Assembly (NCBI RefSeq): GCF_001194135.2
Contig: NC_068991.1
Span: 79,441,598 to 79,505,597 of the forward strand
DNA: 64,000 nucleotides
DNA from: Octopus bimaculoides
Taxonomy: Eukaryota
Reading direction: 5' to 3'
The position numbers and the translations under genes were made by a program. Positions 54,532 through 64,000 of the stretch are shown here, piece by piece; the stretch's first letter is position 1, and each line of letters opens with the position of its first letter. The notes below the pieces were generated by a model. That model was not told where the DNA came from. It ran no database searches and was given only the letters and a program-made list of their open reading frames with translations.

Positions 54532-56225
54532 CCTTATACGATATAGAGCATGGCTGGAGAAATAAGCCAAGTGCGCAACATTTATTTTGACTTTTATGGT
54601 GGTTGCAGAGATGTATATGTATACCAATGATTTTGTGCATTGTAACATTACACGTAGTTGTTACTACGTATGTCTGTGACATATTATATGTTGTTATACG
54701 ATATGTAATTTGAGGTTTCGCAGTCTGGCTGGAGAAATATACAGAGAAAATTTAATTAAAATCGTATTATTACATCATCTGAAGCCATATTTATGCCGAT
54801 GTTCCAAACCTATTTACATGTTTTTCTTTATACAACTCTCTAAAACATATCTGCAGTTATTAGCAATTACGATGACAGCATCTAAAAGTAGACAGTGACT
54901 TCAACATAAAATGAATGTATGTGTGCTTATTTGCTGCGTAAATTAAGTACTGTTATACTACAGTTGCTTTTACATACCTCACTTCTGAAGGATGTGTTAG
55001 TGGCATCCATAGAAACATACACACATACACACTGACTGATGCATACATAGACGTATATGTTTACATGCTCACACACAGACACGCATATAGAATTGTATTT
55101 ATTAAGTTTTCGTTGAAAAAACCGCGTGTACAAAATTGTCTTGTTAAAAATGTGCAAAATTCAATATAAGTGCATCATAATAAAACTGGACTATGTCCAT
55201 AACTTAAGGGTTCTTGCGATTAAACTTAGTCAGCCGTACTCTTAAATGGTGACTCTTAAATGGTATTTTCATATCATCAATAAATACAATCGTCTGACTT
55301 CAACCACAGAAAAGCTTTATTTATAAAGTAGATAATCTTGCTGACTTACACAATGTTATGTATGGAAGTTTGTGAAATTATTTACATATAAATATGTTTA
55401 CATGTGTATAAGCGCTCAATTATACAATACTTAAATAATAAACTTCACATTAAAATTCTTTTACAAGTCACTTCATGAGATGTGTTATAATAATATACAA
55501 GGATGTTTATGTATTTATGTATATGTACATAATGTGTATATATTTATACATACATGGATGTGTATGTATTTATGCATGTATATACATGTTTGCTTTTTGA
55601 AAACTTAATTGACCTCAATGTGTGTTTAACTATCAATTCTTTGTCGCTTGCGTCTCTGTTCGCAAATGAAAATGTTTCTAGTCGCTGCAGATCTAATATT
55701 GTCGAAACTGCTTAAACAGTAGAATATAAGGATTTGATATTGACTCCATGCTGCTGCAAACACAATGAATTTCAGAATATTAAGTAATGCATTTTTATAT
55801 AGTGGTTAATGTTTGTCAAAGATGTGTCGAAGCACATAAATTTGGTAAACCAATTCTTCGTTCAGACATTACAAGTTTGCATGTGCTCGTGCAGGTGCAT
55901 TTCTGAAAGAATTCGGCGCTCGATCCCATATCCAGATACATGTCTTGCTATGCGATCATCGGACATATCTTTGTAATACTTGTTCTTCCATGGGTATTAC
56001 GTTTCAGCAAACAGTCAATGGATTATTGAAGTTCTCTCCTTAGAAGCTGCAACCTTTTATGCGGACGTCAATGGATCCACAATTGAGCTATAGTTCCAGT
56101 CGACATAGTCTCAACCGGTAGCCAGCTCAGTCAGGAGACCTCTGACCTTTCTTGACGAGACTTGCATAACATCAAGCGCTACCTATAATTACTTTGACAT
56201 AATGTTCTTAGCACTTGTTTGCAGA

Positions 56226-56720
56226 ATGATCCCGATAAAAGAGAAATGGGAAAGGGGCAAGATCCAGACAACCGACGTTCTGGAGCAAAGGTACTTCATA
56301 CAGCGAAAAGTGGAAGAAGCCTTATATTTTAGACAACAGTTTTTGAAGAAAGGAAGATAGATTACTCAGACAAGAGTGTTTGGAAAGAAGATCCACAGGA
56401 CCATTCATCTCCGAGCAGGGAGCCTATTATAGTATTTGTTTTGGCACAAATTATCCACCGCACTCTTAATCTTGGTTATGGTCCAAGATGGAGAATAAGG
56501 ACAGAACGTTTGCTACTTTTTATTCTATGTTCTTTTACTGTGACTAATCATGCTCGTATTTTTTCTGGGGTCATTCGACGTTAAAATCAACTTTCGAATT
56601 GAACCAATATTTTATTGTCTGATCTTGCAAATGAACTTCGACGTCTTTTCTGGTGCTGCTGATGAAGGAGCTCCGGCCTCTCTTCGTACTTGACCGAACT
56701 CTCAGAAACGTCATTTGCAA
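56226..56720 (+). mobile_element. PLE relic: GIY-YIG C-terminus followed by hammerhead-like motif
   Basis: KWERGKIQTTDVLEQRYFIQRKVEEALYFRQQ resembles the W..KI....YF.RK.KEAL.I motif. CTGATGA...GAAACGTC follows at 56659-56712. Confidence 0.55.
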
Positions 56721-57221
56721 TGTAAACAAAATGTGCAACCCTTAAATAAATTCTTTTTCTAAAATAAATTCCTTTTCTTTCACCTTCTGTGAATCACTCG
56801 TTTTGAAGTGTGCGTCTTCAGTCCTCTTAGTTTTCGAAACCTTTCCTCAGTTTAGTGAGGCAATATTGCTTCACTCAAGCTGCAAAGTGATCATCTAATA
56901 GGACATTCCAGCTTCAATTTGTGGTGTCTCTCACAACGAATTTTGTTTCGATTAGAAGATGATGAGAGAGCTACCAGATGAAAAAAAAAAACATGAATTT
57001 ACCAAACAGCACCCACAATACATTTGTATGGCTATTTCTCCATAATCTTCATAACTAAAATCAGAATTTGCTAATCATGTATCAGACGTTACAATACCGT
57101 ACTATTTTTTATTTGTTACTTGGTGACTTTGAAGGTGGGGCAAATGTCCATACCTGTAGCATTCGCATGTACTCCGAGATCTGCGCTGGATACTCCCAAT
57201 GCCCATAATGTCCGAAAGCTG

Positions 57222-57270
<49 letters not shown>

Positions 57271-57371
57271 AGAAAGAGAGAGAGGGGGAGAAAGNNNNNN
57301 NNNNNNNNNNNNNNNNNNNNNNNNNNNNNNNNNNNNNNNNNNNNNNNNNNNNNNNNNNNNNNNNNNNNNNN

Positions 57372-57424
<53 letters not shown>

Positions 57425-58189
57425 CAGAAAATATCCAGAGGACCAACGTACTAGAGAGAAAGAGCTAGACAGAATGTTTACTTCTGAACAGGGGTGGTAG
57501 GACTGGAAAATATGTGTGATGAAAGGAAAAAGAGTGAGAGAGTAAAGAGAGACAGAGAGGAAGACGATCCCTGCACAAGACGATCCCTGCTCCAAGAAGC
57601 AGAGGCGATTGAAAAAGAAGTTCTAGAAGTAAAGGGTGAATACAAGAAGGCGTAGCACATACATATAATTAAATTGGAGTTATTAAGCAGCCACTAAAAT
57701 GAAAAACAGTCAATCCGTTAATTATGAACGCCATTATAATCACCGCACAAATAATAAAATTCTGATTGTCAAAGTAATTGCTAAATGCTTGCGTGAAACA
57801 AAAATATTGTAAGGAATTCATTGAAAACAAGATGATTATAATTAATGATTTTTGTTTAGAATAATTTCAAGGAAGAGCAATTAATGGGAAATGCGTTTGG
57901 TATTGAAGAAGAAGAGAAGAAGTAGAAGAAGATGATGAAGAGGAGGAGGAGGAGGCCCATATTGCTGCTGATGACAGTAACTACAAGGTCAACAAAGAAA
58001 GAGAAGACAGTGCTATATTTGTTTACACTTAACAAGCTTTAAAGACGATACATTTCAAAGTACCAAATATATTTTAAATCAATTTCTTCAACTAGAATCG
58101 TTCCGTTTTCATAAGAAATGCCCTATAGGAAATGAATAAATGATGGCCTGTGAAGCCTCCGGAGTTTCTCATGTACAAACACATACGCA

Positions 58190-58275
<86 letters not shown>

Positions 58276-58460
58276 CTCACAAATATACTGATTAAAGTGA
58301 AATAAATATAAGGTCTAAGCATGAAAACTGAGAAGGTGGAGAGAAAACTTTGTATTATTAAAATACCAGGAATTTTTGGATACACTGTTTGTCGTATAAA
58401 TAGAATCTCAGGGTAGGAGCATAAAAGATTATATGTACATACATACATACATACATATAT

Positions 58461-59137
58461 AGGATCTAGTTCAAAACGGGGGCACCAGTATTTTCTTAAC
58501 GAAACACTTTGAAACTTGGGACACTGGTAGAATGTGTCATATAAAACATCTTTTTCTCTTAGTCTTCTTAAGAAAAATTATTATATTGCAATTTATTTCA
58601 TGTTAAAGTTGTCATATTTCTGTAATTTCAACCAATGACTGAGGTCCATTCAGCCGAATACATTAGGTGTTGACTACGTAAACAAACGATTCTCAAACGA
58701 TTCTGGCGGTGATAAAATTATTATTTCCTTGTCAAAAAATGGCTGAAGCATATTGGCAGTAGCTAATAAACCTTTCTATTATAGGCACAAGGCCTGGTTT
58801 TTGAGGGAAGGAGCAAGTCAATTAGGGTTAGGGTTAGGGAAAACGAACACACGTGTGTTACCTCTCTGCAAAATGTCAGAAGTAATGGAGATTAAATACG
58901 CTTTACACCGCTTAAACTGCCAAAGGAGTAACTGTAAACAGCTGAATACTTGTCAGTGGTTGGTTGAAATTATCGAAATAAGACAATTTTTTTACATGAA
59001 ACTAATTCGAATACAAACATTTTTTCTGTTCTATAACACAAAATAGATAAGTATACGTAGTTTGAAAGTCTTTCGGTACCAAAAACACTACTTAAAACAT
59101 AAATGAAAACTGGTGCCCCTGTTTTGAACTAGATCCC
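58461..59137. mobile_element. TA-flanked MITE (~677 bp), non-coding
   Basis: TIR GGATCTAGTTCAAAACGGGGGCACCAGT pairs with ACTGGTGCCCCTGTTTTGAACTAGATCC (27/28 complementary). It is inserted in (TA)n/(CATA)n and carries an internal (TTAGGG)3 at 58822-58839. Confidence 0.9.
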
Positions 59138-60647
59138 ATATATATATNNNNNNNNNNNNNNNNNNNNNNNNNNNNNNNNNNNNNNNNNNNNNNNNNNNNN
59201 NNNNNNNNNNNNNNTATATATATATATATATATATGTCTGTATGAGTTAGAGGTTATGCACTCATCTAAGCGATAATAAATATCCAATATACTACTGGAG
59301 GTATACCTACGTATTTATATCCAAAGTACTTACTATTGCAGGGCAGTATCGCAAAAATAATAAAATAAAATAAAATAACAGAAATATTAAAGAATGGCAA
59401 AAAAGTCAATTCGAAAGTGATATCCATTATCATATTATTACTTAATTAACAAAATAAATAATAAGTGATAAGTAACAATATCGTACTAAGGTTTTGCCCA
59501 AATTATTCTTTCCTTGATGTATTCATGTATTGATTCCCCCAAGTAAGCTCACATTATTTAACTTTCTCATTTGCTTTTATGATACTCTATTAAATAGCAG
59601 TTAGCCTCAAACATTTGACCCCTGTGATATGGACCATCCCATTAAACTCACTCCTCAACGTCTTACCCCAGTAAAATTGAAATAGGATGTAACTCTCATA
59701 ACCTGTGGAAATTACTCCTGGAAGTAACTTCCTTTACCGTATGATGTAATCCCATTGATTATGGATATCCCCTTGGAATTGACGTTTTTAACATTGCTAA
59801 CTATTTCCGTTATGTTATTATTTTATTCTATTTTATTATTTTACTTTACTTCCTCACATGTTAGATTCATACAGTTCATGGCATGTTCTTTTCGATATGT
59901 AGTACCTTTCTTTTAAAAATGAGAAACTCGGAAGCTTCTTTCTTTTTCCATCAACGCATAACCCTAAAACAATGTAAAGTATCTTGTCAATGAGCACCTG
60001 CACCAACAAACATTTAGATTCTACCATCTTCCTGAGGGGAACTCAAAAGGGAAAGCGTTTCCATCCATGTTTGATGTTTGAGAAAACTATTTTCCCTCTT
60101 GCGTTGATAAAATAGTTTTGAAAATCAGCAGAATTTGATCTGAAATGTTCAATGAGCAATGTCTGATAATCTTGCTCTAGCGCACATACAGTTTCTTTCT
60201 CTTGATATATTTGAACTCTATAATAGTGAAGCTCTAAATTTCCTCCATGTTCCTATTCATTGTTAACAAATGTCATTGCTGAAGAATAATGTTGGGTGCA
60301 TGCTGTGATCACCATGCTCCATGGAGTTCTTTTGTTCAATATTTCATTTACTTCCGGTTGGTATACTTTAACAGACGGCATTTTTCTATAATGTATTAAA
60401 GCAGATTTCAAAGGGTTGTTTCTTTCAACATTTTACATCAAGCGAACGCTCACGCATTCATGCTCACGGGATGCTCGTTCATACACACATACGCACATGC
60501 ACACATGCTGAAGAAAAACACTCACGTACACTTGGAACTTATTGTCTTCATGACTAATTAACTAATCAAAATTTATATGCCATCTGTATATATCTGCATT
60601 TGCACGCGCGCAATCACACACATTCGTATACACAAACCCACACGAAC

Positions 60648-60683
<36 letters not shown>

Positions 60684-61324
60684 CTATAATCTTTAATCTT
60701 TTATCTTTTACTTGTTTCACTTACAAGACTGCAGCTACCCTGGGACACAGCCTTCAATCGTTGCCAGTATTGATATTTTTCAAGCCTGTAGTGGTTACAT
60801 GTGTGTATCACGTGAACAGAGGCAAAAGGAATGTGTATGCCTTTGCAGTAAAACCTTCTGTCGTATCGTAGACTTTTCTCGTTTGCCTGCTGAGCCTTTC
60901 TTCTTCTTGTCTCTCCCTCTGCTGACCACCGTATTTATAGTAATCGTGGCAGCTAGAAGGACAGACATACTGCAGCAGAGATTGTGCCTAAATTGGTCAG
61001 CTCCTGTCTATTTGAACTTCGCCTGACATGGCTGAGGTCGTAAGTCAAAGTGAGATGATCAATCACATTTTTGACAGGACAAAGAAAACATTTTTTTGCG
61101 CCTGTTGAGCGTGGTGGTTTGAACGAGCGAGAATCCTTAGATTCGGTTTCGAATCTAGGCTTGGTGAAGGAAGTGTTAATTTTTACAAGCCTACTACACA
61201 TTTTATCGGTCTCTTTGCCGAATAGCTATCTTACGTGGATGTAAACAAACCGACACAAATAGTGAAGCAGTGGTGGAGTTCAGACATGGACACAGACACA
61301 ACGGACATACATTATGTATGCATG

Positions 61325-61363
<39 letters not shown>

Positions 61364-61673
61364 TAACGTTGACCACTAACGTGGACAATTAATGCGCTAG
61401 AAATAGATCACATCTTGTGTCTATTATCTATTTCTANNNNNNNNNNNNNNNNNNNNNNNNNNNNNNNNNNNNNNNNNNNNNNNNNNNNNNNNNNNNNNNN
61501 NNNNNNNNNNNNNNNNNNNNNNNNNNNNNNNNNNNNNNNNNNNNNNNNNNNNNNNNNNNNNNNNNNNNNNNNNNNNNNNNNNNNNNNNNNNNNNNNNNNN
61601 NNNNNNNNNNNNNNNNNNNNNNNNNNNNNNNNNNNNNNNNNNNNNNNNNNNNNNNNNNNNNNNNNNNNNNNNN

Positions 61674-61704
<31 letters not shown>

Positions 61705-61730
61705 GTATATATATATATATACATATATAT

Positions 61731-61882
61731 ATACGACGGGCTTCTTTCAATTCCGTCTACCATATCCACTCGCAACGCATTGGTCGGTCCGAGGCTATAG
61801 TACATGACACTTGCCCAAGGTGTCACGGAGTGAGACTGAACCCGGAACTATGTGGTTGGAAAGTAAGCTTCCTACCACACAG
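61731..61882 (-). mobile_element. SINE family A, 5' half
   Basis: ATACGACGGGCTTCTTTCAATTCCGTCTACC...ACACTTGCCCAAGGTG...GAACTATGTGGTTGG matches 43643-43800. A diverged 3'-half fragment lies at about 61200-61300. Confidence 0.85.
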
Positions 61883-62051
61883 ATTCATTCTAACAAATCC
61901 AGTCACTAGTGTTTGCTCGGCCCCAAGTTATAGTAGAATACACTAACTCAAGAGACGACGCAGTGGGATTGAACACGAAACTATTTTTCTTGGGAAGTAA
62001 GCTTCTTACCTCAAAACACTTGCACAAACACACACGCACGCACGCATACGC

Positions 62052-62093
<42 letters not shown>

Positions 62094-63028
62094 TCAGAGA
62101 GCGAGTGGGTGAGAGAAAGAGAGTAAAGGAATGAGAGAATTTTGATTATTTCATTAAGTGAGAAGTCTACGAAATCCCTGTCCACTCCTGCATTTAGCGT
62201 AACATCGTAAATGAGATTTATTACTTAGACTTTCCTTTTCTTATTTTCGTATAATTTTCAATTGTAATATAAGAACCAAAATTCTTCTGTCATAATCCTT
62301 ATTTCATTCGTCATATATCTCCCACCTTCATTACTTAAAAGCAATTTAGCTCCTGGCAATAGAAATAAATGTTTATTAATAGCAGTTTTATTTTCAATAA
62401 TTCCGCTGTATATAAATGAGAAAGTATCAAAACGTAACTGAAAATTTAGAGTTAATTTAGTATTAATATATTCAAAGCCAGTGCCGCTAATTTCGCATTA
62501 ACAGTGTTTCTACTCCAGGCAGATATACAATATTTATCTGATCCAATTATGATTATTAAACAAAGGAAAGTGACTCATAGCCAAAAACAGTAATGTAGCT
62601 CAACTTGACTAAGTCTGTAGTTTAATTAAACAGCTTTTTATGTGATGTTCCACACTGGTTGAGATTGCTTTGCATTTTATACTTAAGGGTCGATTAAATA
62701 ATTACCAGCTAAGTATACGAGATTTTAACAATTCTTTAGTACCTCGTGCCTACGATTAAAATCACTGTGAAACCAACCGATATGGGCGTATAAACGCGGG
62801 GTTATGAATATGGTATCACACATCTATGATTTCAGGTTTAAGCTCACTCCACTAACATGCATGACATATTTCTCAATATTTCCCTCAAAAACATACTTCT
62901 AAACTTATTCATCATACGAGGGGAAACAGTCTAGTATTTATTCTTGCATTATGCAAAACTGTGACCATCATGGAGGTTTCGAAATACGTTGATACACACC
63001 ACTTGTTAGAGAATGTAGAAAGTAGGCT

Positions 63029-63348
63029 TATTTGTTTCAGTCATTTGACTGCGGCCATGCTGGGGCACCACCTTTAGTCGAGCAAATCGACCCCAGGACT
63101 TATTGTAAACCTAGTTACGGGACGTAAACACACCAGCATCGGTTGCCAAGTGATGTTGTGGGAGGGGCAAACACATACACACATATATTTATACGACAGG
63201 CTTCTTTCAGCTTCCGTCTACCAAATCTACTCACAAGGCTTTGGTCGGTCCGAGGCTATAGTAGAAGATGCCACGCAGTGGGACTGAACCCAGAACCATG
63301 TGGTTGGTAAGCAACCAACCTACTTACCACACAGCCACTCCTGGGCCT
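63029..63348 (-). mobile_element. SINE family A with internal deletions
   Basis: Matches 43411-43810 end to end but lacks about 45 bp of the tail and the ACACTTGCCCAAG part of the CORE-like box. Confidence 0.9.
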
Positions 63349-63914
63349 ATGATTATCATTATTTCAATAAATCTTATTTTCGAATAAAATTTACTAAATA
63401 TTTTATGGAAGACTGCAATCAAAACTAAGATGATGAACATCTTATAAAGCTGCAAACATACATACACACATTATATAGCACGTATATTATTTATGAGTAT
63501 ATTTTCTTTCTCCTAGGCTTTGGAGCATCTCTTTGAATATTCTTTATAATCAACTTTTTGTTGTGTATTATGGTCGTACACATTCTAATATATTTCCTAT
63601 TATTATTAAACTGACAATTATTGTAAAATGTAAGTAATAAAATTTATTATGATTATTGTGCATCAATTTAATAATTTGCTCTTTGAGAAAATTGCTTCCA
63701 GAGTATTCTTCACCGTTGTTGGATGCTAACGCAATCAAAAGATTTTCAACTGGCCCCTTTATTTTTTTAGAACATACCTTATTTTCAGAAGCGTTCTTTG
63801 ACTTACGACAAGAACCAGCAGAACGACTGTACACTTCGCTGAAAATAACCAACTCTGTCATAATGGGGCATGAGTGTTCATGGCTAAAAATGTATAAGTT
63901 AATTATACCCCTTG

Positions 63915-64000
63915 CTTGATATGGACGTCCTGAGATGGGAGGAGGTCGAAAACGATCTCCCACACTGGAGACAAATGCTGCAAAAGTGGATGAAGCGAGG
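63915..64000 (+). mobile_element. Possible RTE-like LINE C-terminal relic running off the window
   Basis: DMDVLRWEEVENDLPHWRQMLQK resembles the RTE 'DIDxxxWExxAxDRxxWRQ' motif. The match is short. Confidence 0.35.

Noticed and set aside
56225-56290. 66-nt phase-0 exon candidate (NDPDKREMGK...)
   Set aside because: Another frame of the same DNA matches a PLE GIY-YIG C-terminus, which explains it better.
60043-60252. 69-codon stop-free minus frame (EHGGNLELHYYRVQ...GWKRFPF)
   Set aside because: It has no start, no good acceptor and no recognisable motif. Runs of this length are expected by chance over 64 kb in six frames.
61028-61230. ATG frame MAEVVSQSEMINHIFDRTKK with a nearby GTAAGT donor and an APVERGGL motif
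   Set aside because: It is frameshifted in a T7 run, and no family could be assigned.
63568-63963. 131-aa minus and 87-aa plus ORFs at the window end
   Set aside because: No recognisable domain; partly explained by an RTE-like relic, and truncated by the window edge.

Overview
AT-rich eukaryotic genomic DNA from a draft scaffold, with 15 N-gaps that almost all abut microsatellites. The SINE families and the dense (TA)n/(CA)n/(GA)n arrays resemble those I associate with octopus/cephalopod genomes; this is inference, and no search was run. I found no recognisable host protein-coding gene. The ORF track is mostly microsatellite or N-gap artefacts, chance ORFs and transposon fragments. The window reads as intron or intergenic DNA packed with decayed mobile elements: four tRNA-headed SINE families, two oppositely oriented relics of one mariner family, a hAT-type MITE with an 8-bp TSD, a TA-flanked MITE carrying (TTAGGG)3, and 3' fragments of CR1/L2-like, R4/Dong-like, CRE-like and RTE-like LINEs. 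Several Penelope-like element (PLE) fragments are also present (RT C-terminus, GIY-YIG). The most notable signal is a set of minimal type-I hammerhead-ribozyme-like motifs in four different PLE-type repeats. All have an extra A after core A9, and all have a palindromic or CpG-decayed stem III. One family occurs twice, once collinear and once with its hammerhead-bearing 5' part inverted. There is also a stand-alone tRNA-Thr(CGT)-like cloverleaf relic and a few weak candidate exons.
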